64,000 nt of DNA from Klebsormidium nitens (taxonomy: Eukaryota; Plantae; Klebsormidiophyceae), in assembly GCA_000708835.1 (NCBI GenBank), contig DF237288.1:1-64000 (forward strand). The letters run 5' to 3'. Shown here one piece after another: positions 1 through 12,500 of this stretch (the stretch's first letter is position 1; the number at the start of each line of letters is the position of its first letter). A program made the translations under genes and the position numbers. Below the pieces are notes generated by a model. It was given only the letters and a program-made list of their open reading frames with translations. It was not told the DNA's origin and made no database searches.

Positions 1-253
1 AAGGGAAGCGAAACTCAGCATATAACACAGAACTCAAGTTTCTGCAAGAGGGCGCTTCCAGGGATTCCATGGCTGCTGCATAGGCGACAGAGTTTCCGCT
101 TCGTTCTCTGGTCGTATTGCCGCTTTATAGCTGAGGCTTTAGGGCAGACGTCACACCATCACAATTAATGCAACTTAGCAAACATTGATCAGATCTGAGC
201 AGAAGTCGTGAGCATTGTTATGATCTCACATTGAAAGTTCTAACGGTTCACTC

Positions 254-1478
254 TCAGTTTTCTAGGTCTATCAAAGGGTTTCTCTCTATAAAGTCAGCTA
301 GCAGAAGGTCTCTTCTTCTCTTTCCCTCTTTCTTGCTAGCGTATTCTGATTGAACAGCAAGGCCTGGGGCACCTCCTCCAAAGTCATTAGGATGAGGGTC
401 CATCAGATCATCTCCTCCTAGCTGCCCCGCAAGAATGCAGATGTTGTGCAACACAGTGCATGCCACAATCACATCTGCAGCCTTCTCTACCCCAATGTTT
501 AGGTTCTTAAGGATCTGCCACCTGCTTTTCAAGATCCCAAAGGCATTCTCAATCTTCACTCTTCCCTTCCTGATCTGCTTGTCAAACAGATTTTGTTCGA
601 GAGTCCCTGTGGACTTGTTGTTGAAGGGTTTCAGCAGGAAAGAGTTTAGTGGATACGCGCTGTCCCCAACAATGTAGGGTTTGATGTCTCTCCCTTCAAT
701 GCTGATCACCGGCTCTTGAAGAATCTCATGCGCCCTCAACTTTGTCCACAGCTCGGAGTCCCTCAAGTGGGTGGCATCATGGATCCCGCCCGGGCTCTTC
801 ACGCACACGTCCCAGAACAATTTGTTAGCATCGCAGACTCCTTGAAGTAGGATTGAAAAGAAGTCATGCCTGGACCAGTAGTCAGCTGGAACGTACCCAT
901 TAGGAGGTTTTCTTGATAGCTTGATATGCGAACCATCAATGGCTCCCGCCATGTTCTCAATCCCTGTAATCTGTTTGAACTCTCCTATGATTCTTCTCAA
1001 CCTATCACCGCTAGGTACTTGAACATACTTTCTGAAAATATGGTCATCCGCTAACGACGAACACATGAGGTGAAAGTATTCATGGACAGTGGTAGTGCCT
1101 ACCCCAAATTTGTCAGCTACATTTTTTGGGGAGTGACCTTTAGCACATTTGTAGAGAACCATTGCCACCGCTTTATTCACAGGGATCGCGTCTCGGAACT
1201 TTGTGTCCTCTTTCTGTAGATACGGGGTAAGCTCCTCGACTAGGTCAAGATAGGTGCTGTATGGCATAAGTTCTATAGTACTCTATCCACTTAGAATCAA
1301 GAAGTGCAGGGGACACTTTCCAGACCTTTCCCATTATCACTTCCCATTCCGTGTGCGACTTTGGAAATACCCACCAGTCCCTGCCCTCTGCTATGACGTT
1401 CACCCCACCCTGTATTGCAGCCACCATTATCATCATGTAAGCAACACCCATGTTCAGAAAGTCCATAAAGGCGTTCAT
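254..1478 (-). mobile_element. PIF/Harbinger transposase (DDE_Tnp_4/HARBI1-like), frameshifted near 1268-1271
   Basis: ORF 254..1267 has GAIDGSH, GDSAYP and KIENAFGILKSRW (D-D-E triad) plus VIVACTVLHN. The upstream frame (ATG 1478) gives the family N-terminal motif RDWWVFPKSHTEW...WIEYYR, which should run into MPYSTY but is offset by 4 nt (ACTT). Confidence 0.92.
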
Positions 1479-2948
1479 GTTTGCTGCGATTTGCTCACCT
1501 ACCTGGAACTGAACATACAACTCGTTTGCAGCGTCGAGAGTTGGTTGAATTGCCCAGTAACAAGCTGTCTTCTGCCTTCTGTGATACAGTAGCCTGCACT
1601 TTGCATCATACCGACTGGATGACGGCATTCGCGTGTAACTTCCGGACTTTCATCGTGACCGTCCGCTGATGTTTTCGAGCCGTCCGATTGTCGCCGGTCT
1701 GCCTGCCAGACAAGAATCGGCCAGCGTATAGGCCAGTGCGAATAAGCGGTCTTTTCTCGCCATTTCTGGCCGTTTTCGCGAGAAAAGCGAGCCACAAGAA
1801 AAGACAAAAACTTTCAGGTGCGAATACCCTATCAGGCTTGACATCAAGATTTCTTACAGCTGGCAGCCGGGCGGACCTAACTGGTCGGGGAGTGACCCCA
1901 GCTGGTGCCAAAGGCACCCCATGGGCCATAGGTCCATATAGGACTCGCAAAAACGGCAGCCCTCTGCTGGCCGGTAGAGCCGATTGGCCACTCATCAGCT
2001 TGTTCAACCGGGAGGAGGCCTGTAAGCTGGCTGGGCCCAACGTGGGAGACTCCCTGGACCCTCACGTGAACTTGAAGGACACGCGTCATGTTGCTGTCAG
2101 TGCCAACTTGTGCTCGTAAAACAAACTGAGTCACTATCCTACTGCACCGTTGTCAGCATATGAGACCCGAGAGCGCAGGTAGCGTGACGCGTGGCTCTCA
2201 CATCAACCAACTTTAACCGTAACGGTATGGCATCGCGTCAAAACATTTGTGCAAGTGCGTCCGGACCTCCGAAAAACTAGGACGAAAAGAATCCGCAAGC
2301 GGATTCTGAAGCTCGCCTCATTTTAGAGCGCAATATATAAGAAATATGGCATCGATGAGGGTGGGTGGGAGGGCGGCCCAGATTCATCTCCATGGGTGGG
2401 TGGGAGGGCAAACAGAAACCCCGGGCAAGGCTCGGTACAACGCTGCGAACGATTTGTGTTCCAATTTAGTATTAAGGTGGAATTAACTTGAACGAATCAT
2501 ACTCTGACATGACAATGCATGAGGCCGGGTCACGTCAAACTTGGCTTGATTAGAACCCGGTGTATGACGCGCATTACTCGCCAAAAAGGGGTTGTACCCT
2601 GCGGTTACGCCTTGTACTGGCAATTTGGCTGACGGGTTACGTCTAAGGAAATTTGCGAAGTTGGTTTGCCCTTTTGATTTAAAGAGGACGGCCAATTGTG
2701 CCGTACAGCTTTGCGAAGGAATCGGAATCCGACAGGCGATTTCTTGCAAATCTACTGTACAATTGTCTGGTTCCCACAGCAATTTTCAAATACTCCTAGA
2801 TTTGATGCGATTCCGTTGTACGGAATCCCGCTCTGTTTTGACCGTCACAAAGCGACCGCGTCATACAGCGAACTTTTTTCCCAGAAGACCCCACATCCGG
2901 ATGTGAACGCTATAGCTCGCCCCTAGATAAATCTAGGCGAGCTAAAAA

Positions 2949-3415
2949 ACCGGCCACCAGGGGGGTACGGCCAGAAATCGACCCAGAAAACACCGGCCAC
3001 CAGGGGTTGCCCAAGCCCCGACGGAAAATAAGTCGAAATTAGAGACATATAGGAGGATGGGGTCTGCAGCATAGTTTAAAACATAGCCAATTCACTTGCT
3101 ATTGGGAGTAGGCCCAATAGGGTCCAATTCAGAACCGTATATTGCAATAAGCCTAATGTATATGCGGCTGGGCCCTTGTCATCATTTGACAAAACCCGTT
3201 TGACCATCTTCTTCGAGACCGGTCGGTTGGTGTGGCCTGAATTCTTGCAGGGGGCTGGCGAGGACAGGTATATGTATACGAAGTCCACTACATACATATA
3301 GGCGGAATTTTTTGAAATACGTGACTTTTAAAATGCTGTGAAAGTGATCAACCGGCCGCACCGGCCACCAGCCCCCTCGACTCTTCGCCATGGAGCTCCG
3401 AGAACCGGCCACCAG
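2949..3415. repeat. Four copies of ACCGGCCACCAG arranged as two pairs
   Basis: Motif at 2949, 2992, 3360 and 3404; spacing within pairs is 43 and 44 bp. An imperfect hairpin lies just upstream (agctcgcccctaga-taaa-tctaggcgagct, about 2915-2943). Confidence 0.7.
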
Positions 3416-3756
3416 CCCCACCAAGGAAATTCAGAAAAGCGGAGGTCCGGACGCCACTGCACATATGATTTGACACGATGCCTATATTAGAAATTGATTA
3501 TTTGGCACCCAGACTGACGAAATTAAACGCTGGTACGGTAGTATATTAGTTGATTGTTGATTCAGTTGATTGCCTTGGCTCATCAAATGGGAACCTTCGG
3601 ATTACCTATTCAAGTTCAACCATGCTCAAAGGGATCTGTGAGCTGAGCGTGAGATCGGGGTGAGAACTGTGAGATCCATCAAAATCCATACTGACGGTTG
3701 CAAGCTGTAATTTAGTAATTCAAGTGCCGAACTGCAGTTTGCTACCTCTATGGGTG

Positions 3757-4580
3757 GAGAGGGCTAAGTAGACTGTTAGAAGAAGGTTGATGGTTTTTTG
3801 GTTGTAAAACCCACGTACCTAAACCAGCCCTCTGCTCCTCGCGGCTCCTAAACGGCGCTTTGGCCGGACACCAAACTTCGGGGTTTCGAACTTAGGTGAC
3901 CCTCGGAGGTTCAATCCCACCAGTTTTAGGTTCCGGGCAATTAGCCGTTTAGCTGCTGGAATTTGGTTCGAAGCCCGTTCGAAGTTGCTGACCTTTTTAC
4001 CCGAGTACCCGCTTACCCGGGGCGTTTGGTCCCCCTGTTTGGTCCCCCTGAGTTTGGGTCACCGTGCCGTTTTTTGATAACAATTGTTACCGTAGCTTCA
4101 AGGGCAGCCTAAAGAGCTACCGGTGCCCCGTTTGCCCGCTACAAATCCATGCATGAAGGTCGGGTCGCCGAATACCGCCAACACTTAGCCAGTAACCTCA
4201 ATAGATTCATTATTAGGATTTTCATCAAAAAGAGGCAAGCCCCCGCCCCGGGGGACTAAACGCCAGCCATGACACCTGTGAAACCATGTTCCGCATCGTC
4301 AGAGGAGAATTTGTCCAACGTTGACGGTGGCGATTGCATCATTTAGATCTATGTCTCGAGACGGATGCGGTGCTCAGTTGGTATGAGGAGAGGGTTAAGT
4401 AGACTGTTAGAAGAACGTTAATGTTTTTTGGGCTGTAAAACCCACCTAAACCAGCCCTCCGAGTCCTCCTAAACGGCGCTTTGCCCGGACAGCAAACTTC
4501 GGAGATGACCCTCTGGAGGTTCAATCCCACCAGGTTTTGATTCCGGGCAATTTGCCGTTTAGCTGCTGGAACATGGTTCG
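3757..4580. repeat. Diverged ~200-bp direct repeat, two copies (3757-3973 and 4387-4580)
   Basis: Both copies share aagtagactgttagaagaa, tgtaaaacccac, ctaaaccagccctc, cctaaacggcgcttt, ggaggttcaatcccacca, ttccgggcaatt and gccgtttagctgctggaa in the same order. Confidence 0.85.
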
Positions 4581-5696
4581 GGTCACTTGCTATAACCATT
4601 TTAGGCCTGCATGGGACGTTTGATCGCCCTGCCCCCGGCGCCTCCCCGAGGCGGGCCGGTCATGTTACATGTACTTATCACATGGTGGCGTTCCGGCGTG
4701 CATCTCGCAACAAATGTAATACTCGCAATCTATACAAAGTATAATGGATTCTCCATAGATGTTGCGCACTTCAAGTTGGTGTCGGACTGCATGCTCGTGC
4801 ATATGGAATAGTGCAGCGCGTCTGTCACGGTACGTTTTGAGACCATCATATGGTTGCGGCGCACTAGCTATGGTACTACTGTCATGATGACACGCATGCA
4901 GAATAATGTCACTAGCTATCCGGTTTGTGCGGACATGGGGCATGCGAAGCTATACTTGAGAACGGATAACATGTCGAACCTGTGTCCCAGTCCGCTTCAT
5001 GAGTACTACTAGCTACTTCCAATCAACGCGTGTCAAGATCATGCATCAGCATTCAATTGCAGACGTCCAAACCCGGGCAAAGGCATTCTAAAGCTGCGCA
5101 CCGTAATGTGGATCATCGATGTCCTGGGGACTTTGATGCGAGCCTGAGGCTAAATTAAGGACATTGGAAGATTGCGTTTACCTTGCTACGATTTCGCATG
5201 TTGAGCCACTGTGATGCTCGAGTCGAACACCGTTCTACTTCTGCTAGCTCAGAACAGCAAACGATCTGGAGCACACTGCTTGCCGTGAGAAACCTTGCAA
5301 ACGATATTCAAACAAAATCTGCCCAAATATGAGGTTTCTCGTCTGAGCTCGCAAGGCTTGGAAACGACTACTGTTCCATGCATTTGCCGCTCATGTAATA
5401 CCGTATTTGAGTGGGTTGCCAGAGCAATTGTCCATTAAGATGGGCTGCGCAACAGAAGGTGATGCAACGGGTCCCTTTTCAATGCCAGGTTGTATAGCAC
5501 AAAGCCTAGTGGGCGTCCAAAGCTCAAGATGCTGGACGCTGCTGAGTTCGAGATTGGAATTCAATGGATCGGCAAAGGCAGGCATCAGCGTCAAAGCAGC
5601 CGAAGGAGGATACAGCACGGATACGTTTCCAGCCTCTGCTTCGCCTGGTCAAGACATTCCCCTTTCCTCCCCCTCCAATATATTTGTACTGCAACT

Positions 5697-8654
5697 TCAG
5701 GTTGCCCGTTTCTCCAGAAAGTGCGCCCATAGGGAACTGGGAGGGTCAGGGGGCTCTATCCAGTGACCCGGTATGGCACTGCACAGACGGTGTGCGTAGT
5801 CAGCAAACAACGCTCATCATGATGACTGACCTGGACCTGAGTCGCCTCCGAAACGATGTAGACCAAGCTTACGTGTCCGATGCGGAGAAAAGCGTAAAGG
5901 TACACCTGCAGGACTTCATTGCCTTCCTAGGGGAAGACCGTCAATAAGCTTAAATGGATCACAGGCCCATCCATACCCTTCAGGCTCATAGCTTACCTGC
6001 CATCTGGAGACAGGAACGTATCCCACGCACGTCGAACCTACAGGTCACGGATGCTAATTTGTCAGCAACAAGCAAGTCAAGCATCTGTGTGCTCAATAAC
6101 CTCCAAATGACCTTCTGCATTACATCGAGGCCGGCCACCTGGCGCCTGCTCAGGTTCAAGCATTCCTGCTGGGAACGGAGGACACAACCCACAGAGTCCG
6201 TTCAACCAACTATAATCTCGCATGGATCCTTCGATAGCCAGCTTCGGGCGGGGCTCGATGACATATGGGGACCTCTGCAATGACGTCATGCAAAAGATGT
6301 GCCCAATGCTTGATGCTGCATCAAAAGAACGTCAAAATTCTCTGGATATGAAAATGGGTCCGCCTGTCACTTACTTCGATGAGCCGACCCATATCCGTGG
6401 CCGAGTTGAGGAAGTAGTGTTGCAGCTCTGGCTCAGATTGCCGGCTGCTGTCTGAACTCCCCGTCACCCCATTGTCCCTTCGAGTACGTTCTGGGCTGTG
6501 AGCTTGAGCGGTTTCTTCTTCCGACCAAACCATTTGCCCTAACTCTACGTCGTCCCCTAGCTTCGGCCCCATTGCGTCTTGCGCACCTTCTTCCGTGATC
6601 CCGCGCCCTGCGCTTGTATTGGCTTCTTGCTTCGCACTTTGTTGCACGCGGGCCATGAAGTCGTCGTCATCCTCTGGGAAGATATGACCCTGAAGGGAGA
6701 AATGGAGGGCATTATAACTTGCATGAAACTCCAGCAAACTTGATTACTGAGAGCGCTGGCTACTGGCACATGCTTCCTTCTATATTGCGTTAATTGGAAG
6801 AAGTGGGTCAAGCTCGAGAATAGACGACACGGCAACGTTGCTGTCAAATAGTAGGATCGGAGCATCTTCCAGTAAGGAGGCAGCGCACCTGTCTCCGTAG
6901 CTTCGCAATGCGGAGAGCGCGCAACTTTTGCAGCCGCTCGAGCAGCAATAAGGAGTTCACGTCGTGCTCAAGCTGTCGCTTCTTTTCTTGTGCCTCAGCG
7001 TTGGCAGCCTGCAAATGCAGCAAGTCCAGCGATGCACTCAAGGTCAAATTGGTTTTCAGGAACACATTGAACGATGATATTGCCACAGCTTCAGTAAAGA
7101 AGCTAGAGATTCTGCAAGAAAGCCCACATGGGAAGAAGGCAGAAACCAACTGGTCAATGAGGGGACATTGCAAAAGCAACCTGCGCAGGGTCATACTATA
7201 ATCGTACCTTCTCCATTTGCTGCAGCCGGGTTCGTGCAATGTCTTGTGCCAGACGCTGGGCTCGCCACTCGTCAGCTGCAGTATCAACACTGTTGAAGGC
7301 CTCCCTTTCTTCTCGCAACTTCTGGGCCACCTGCCTCCGATGCTTCTTCCGGCGAACTCGGTACCGCTTTATCTTCTTTTGCCTGAATGAACAGAGGCCT
7401 TGCAGATCTGTCAATACGGAGAAGATCCAGCACTTACCTGTATGCAATCTCTTAACCACCCAGGCAACAGAATGTAGTACTTACAATCACACAAGGTTGC
7501 ACAGCACTATCATGGTAAACACGTCACGAAGGCATATAACAGATTACAGCTTTTATGTTTCTCTCATAGTCTCGTCGAATTCTTGCCGGACGAAGTAGCA
7601 TGACACACTTTTTCTGACAACGCTTCCTCCAAGCGTCAGTCCTCAAACTCATCAGGTATTTGTGACAGGATTGAGTGCTCACCTGGTCTCATACTCCTTC
7701 CATGCTACTGTGTCTGCCTTGGCGTCTTCCCCTGTCCTAAGTTGATGCAGTTGCCGCAGAAGCTGCTCAATGGACGCCTTCAAAGCCTTTGCAGTTGCTT
7801 CCGCACGGAAAAGTTCCTCCAATCTTTCGGACTCAACTAATGACTCGACTTCAGCCGGTTCCAGGCCTTTATGTTTAACAAGCTTGGCTGCCTCAGGAGG
7901 TTCAAAATGATAATCTCTTGGAGCATCTACATAGCCAGATTTTGAACTGTCAGGAGCAGATGGTCCAGTTGGCCGTGCCATAGCTTCCTCGGTGCTGTTT
8001 CCATGGTCCTCTATTTCACTCTGGTTGCCACTCAGCTGCTGAATCCTCTGTGTTCTGCAAACAATTGGAGTAAGAGTAGTCCATCAGGATTGCTGCACCA
8101 AAGGTAAATCCGCTTTGCCACACAATCTGGACAATGGGAGAAAACACACCCTCCTAATTCTGTCAAAAGAATCAACCACTTGCCAAGCAACCACCAACAA
8201 CCATATGCTCGAAGGACGTCAGCTTGGGTACTCACATTTCTTTTAGTTGTTCTACTTTTGAAATCACGGCACGAATCTGGTCTTTCAGCTCATACGAGCG
8301 CAACCGATGAGGGGGATGTTTCTCTTCGATATGTTTCACTAGGCTCTGCAGATAGGTGCTTGCTGGCTGCGGTAGCAATGTGGTGGTTTGGGGGCTGACG
8401 TTTGGTCTGTTGCCCCATGGTGGTGGCATTGGAGGGAAGAAACCCAGGCTTTGATGGTGGTACCCAGGCCTGGCAATCCATTGCAGCTGTTGATGGTGGC
8501 CAAACTGGTCAACTCCACCATGCATGCCGGATGCGTAATCAAAGGGTCCACTTTGAACGACAGGGCCTGTGGCAATTCTGGGAGTCATGAACGGCAGCGA
8601 TTGAGATGCTCCTGCGTAAGGGGCTCCATACGGGGCAGATGAGCCACCTTGCAT
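5697..8654 (-). CDS. PDCD7: U11/U12 small nuclear ribonucleoprotein 59 kDa protein (PDCD7-like), multi-exon
   Basis: Exons joined by GT-AG give AADEWRAQRLAQDIAR, LERLQKLRALRIAKLRRQ|GHIFPEDDDDFMARV, HYFLNSATDMGRLIE|VRRAWDTFLSPDGS|AIPGHWIEPP..LWAHFL*. These match recalled motifs of plant U11/U12-59K (KLKKQGHFLPEEDDKF, DMGRLIEIRREWD, SRIPGHWVQP). Start ATG is inferred; stop at 5697-5699. Confidence 0.85.
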
Positions 8655-9531
8655 TGTGATGCAGGAGACTCCACCAGAGATCAAAACCAACGGGCCCTTG
8701 TCTGCCCGCTCGCTAGCTCCATACCCCGATGACAAAGAAACGACGCATCCCGCCTTCTTTGAGCAGGCACTTCCTGGCTCTGAGCTGTGTGGTGGGGTCG
8801 AGGCATTGAATCTCTGCTTCGGCACCCCCCAGACCTACTGCATCCAGACGTGTTGACTGCAGTACCCAGCGCCTTCAATGGCTGAACAATGACATTGATG
8901 AACAATCGACACTACCCGGAGCAAAGACGTTCAACTTCAACTCCAAAGTTCAAGGCAGCCGCTGGCAAGGCCGGGCGGCGGCAGGCTCAACAGCGCGCGC
9001 GCGGCGCGCTTATCCATTCGTGCGCATGATGAACTTGCACGTCTTTTCTTTGCTTTTAGGGTTTCCTGAGCACCTCAGGTGCCGGAGCCAACCCCGGAGG
9101 CTCCGACCGGGGCCCCACCCCTTTTATTGCATGTCGACCGGCCGCAATGTGAAGGTTGCCTTCTTGCTTATCCATTGCCCCGGCAAGTACTAGCTTCCCG
9201 TCGGTTCTGGAACCGGGGGGGAGCGGAGCATTGCTCCCGCCGAAATATCGGCTCACTACAATTATAAATTCAAGAGCAACACAAGGCATGCAGGAACACT
9301 GAGTCTCACAAAGTCACACTGCACACAGACTCAGTGCAGTGACTGATCTGAGGTCCAGAGGGACAGATCCAGAGGATCTCGACAGGTTTGTGAACGCCTC
9401 AACTTCAAGCCTCCAGACGCAGGAAGGTAAAGGCAAGGTGACGCCGTGACGAAAAGAGGAAGAAGGTAGCAAAGCTGGGGGTTACAGGGCGTGGAAAACG
9501 GGTCATCCTGATTGAGCGTAACGGCAAAAAG

Positions 9532-12500
9532 ATGGCGCCACGTGTTTTGTGCAGAGCATGTGGACTGAAGGTTCTTCAAAGAGTGGATGAAAGTGAGAAT
9601 ACGGATGCTGGCTACCTCTGTAAAAGCTGGGAAAAAGACCCGCCAGGCGAAGGCTGCCATAGGTTGATCAGGGACGACGAATTTGCAGAGCTTCTCGAGG
9701 ACATGCAAGCTGGGAACTGTGATGAACCAAAGGCTGGCAAAGCAGGAGGCCCGGCAGTCAGCCCAGTGGGAGACGCAAAGCGACAAAATGTGGCGGCCAT
9801 CCTCAAGTAAGCTCCTCAAAGATTTGGCCAGAATTCAAAGGTGCTTCTATAGTGGTCACTTCTTTCTTGAGCAGTATTCTCCAAGCCTTGAATTCACAGC
9901 ATTCTTATTCAGAATAGCTTTGTCCTGTTGGTCAAGCTGTATGCTTCCTCGTTGGACAGTCTGCTGAAGCTCTTTAAATAAGCAACTGCACTGCATGCTT
10001 TCAATGTCTGGTGCTCATGGTGCCAATGCAAAAGTGCTCTAAGCATAAAAAGAGGACTCAGCAAAAGGGAGTCAGCCTTTTGATCCGTGAATCTTCCATT
10101 CTATCAGGGGTGACATTCAGGTTCAACGAACTCCTCTGCTCGGTGGAGGCTTGCTGACAGTCCAAGACGGCGCTGCTGTGATCAGACGAGCATACAAAAA
10201 CCCCCTAACTGGTGGCACTGGCATGAGCAAGGAGCTTATGAGGCGGTTGCATTCAAGGCATCAATTTGTACCCTGGGGTTCTCCTCGTCAAGCGACGGTC
10301 CTGCCTGAGCCCGAAGAGACCATAACGGAGCAGAACGAAGAAGAGAGTCTGCCTCCTGGGGTAGAGCCTCTTGTTCTCTGGCAACCCGAACCAGGAGACG
10401 AGAAGGTCACCGAGTCATCCAAGCCCATCCTTGTAGATAACGTTCTTGTCAAGTTCCTTAGAGCCCATCAGAGGTGAGTATGTTACAATCTGAGAAGAAG
10501 GCTCTGCGATTCGACACTTAAACTATGTCGACACTGGATGTTGGGGATTTTTGACAGTATGCGTGAATGTCCACTTCGTGCAAATTCATAATGACAGGAC
10601 CCAAGTTGGTTTTCCTTCCAATCTGGACCTTTAAGGAACTACCAAACATTAGGCAGAGTGCAGTCTTCACGCTTTGAGATCTGGCGCCCACTTCAAGGTA
10701 TCTGTCAAAACAGTCTCTGTAATGCTGCCGTGGTTTCTGCAGGGAAGGGGTGCAGTTCATGTTTGAATGTATTGGTGGTCTGAGGGACTTCAGCAAGAAA
10801 AAGAACATGGAGGACGGGATGGTAGAGGATGACAACAAGCCAAAGGACGAAGGATGTTTTGGGTGCATTTTGGCTGACGATATGGTAAGCACTTGCGGAA
10901 GAGACTTTTTTAAGATTGGAGCATGTGATATTGTTATCCCAAATGGTGCAATTTCTTCTTTGTGGCTGCCTACGTGATAAGGCTACTCTGTCTTCATGTA
11001 CAAACTTCGCAGAACGTCCATTTATTAGGTTCATCATAAAGGACGATAGATCACATCGCAACCTGTACGTGCAGGGACTTGGAAAAACTCTGCAAAGCAT
11101 CACTCTTGTGTGGACACTCCTGCGGCAAGGCTTTGATGGTTCTCCTCTGGCCAAGCGGATTGTAATTGTTACTCCGACAAGCCTGGTGGGAAATTGGGAA
11201 AACGAGTTCTCAAAGTGGCTCCCTGGTAAGTGTCTCCCTCATTTGTGGAGCCAACATCAGCATCTGGCCGTCATGAGCGGATTGCGCCGCATTGTGCTTA
11301 TGAGATTCTGACTGCAACCTCAAGAGTGAGAGTTCTTAGGCGCTGACATTCATCACTGGGGTGCACTTTTGCGTCGCGCCAAAAGGGCTTGTGATCTTGT
11401 TCGCAGGTCGAGTGGATGTCCTGGCCCTCTGCGAGTCAACGAGGTCTGACGTGCTTCAGGGCATTGCTTCCTTCTTGGCCCCGCGGAGACACCCGGACGT
11501 AAGCAATCAGCTCTGGTAGTGGAATCGATGCGTCCTTTTTGTGGCTCCAAATGCCTTGTCTGGACACGTGTCTCTCTCAAGCGCCTCCTCATTGAGTGCT
11601 CAGGAAGTGGCTCTCTGACGACCTGTCACGTCGACAGGTCCTCATCATCTCCTACGAGACATTCCGGTTGCACGCCGACAAGTTCAAGAAGAAAGGAAGT
11701 TGCGACCTCCTGCTCTGCGACGAAGCGCACAGACTGAAGAATGACAAAACTCTCACGAACCAGGTGAGGAAACTCTCACGAACCAGGTGAGGAATCTCGC
11801 TGCATATAGCCTTCGCCAGTCTCCATGACACTGCTTAGCGAATGACACTCACTGTCTTGATGCTGATCGTGCTGAAAGCTTTGCTATGGAGCTCTAAGAG
11901 AATCCGCTGCAATCGAAGAGTTTCTTCCGTCAATGTGACGAGGTCCTTTCTCCCACGCAGGCTCTGGATTCGCTCCCATGTCGGCGGCGAGTGCTTCTCT
12001 CTGGGACACCCATGCAGGTAATGTGAAACAAGAACGAGCAATTTGAGCACTTCGCTTGTGCAGTAGCTGGCTTCTGCAATGCACATGTCCTTTCAATTCC
12101 CTTCAAGATAGAAAGGTCAACATCCCAATACGTATACATGAAGCAACGTTTGATATCTGACTCCTGTGACTTTCCCCGTGCAGAATGATCTGGAGGAGTT
12201 CTTCGCAATGGTCAACTTCACTAATCCAGGGTGCGTTCTGCGCAATAGTCAAACGCTATTGGCACAAAGATCTGCTGGATCCTCTTCTGGATGCGTGATG
12301 TTTATTCCAGCAACTTGCAAAGACATTGTCTGCACGTCCAGCTTGAGTTGATAACATCAACATTTGTCTTGTGCAGCATACTTGGAATAGCCTCCTCGTT
12401 CAGGCGCCACTACGAGGTAAGAATCAAGTCATATGCCTGTAGGAGGGTTGCAGGCCTCTGCCGCTGCTTAGATCTGGCTGTATTTGGTCCGTTTTCGAAT

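Noticed and set aside
1-180. Possible C-terminus of a convergent Myb/SANT partner gene of the Harbinger element
   Set aside because: Only short interrupted frames with no recognisable motif; the rest would be outside the window.
2561-2867. 11-bp inverted repeat TGTATGACGCG...CGCGTCATACA as a possible MITE
   Set aside because: No target-site duplication and no extension of symmetry.
11747-11792. CRISPR-like interpretation of short direct repeats here and elsewhere
   Set aside because: Only two adjacent copies, no spacers, no cas genes, eukaryotic context.
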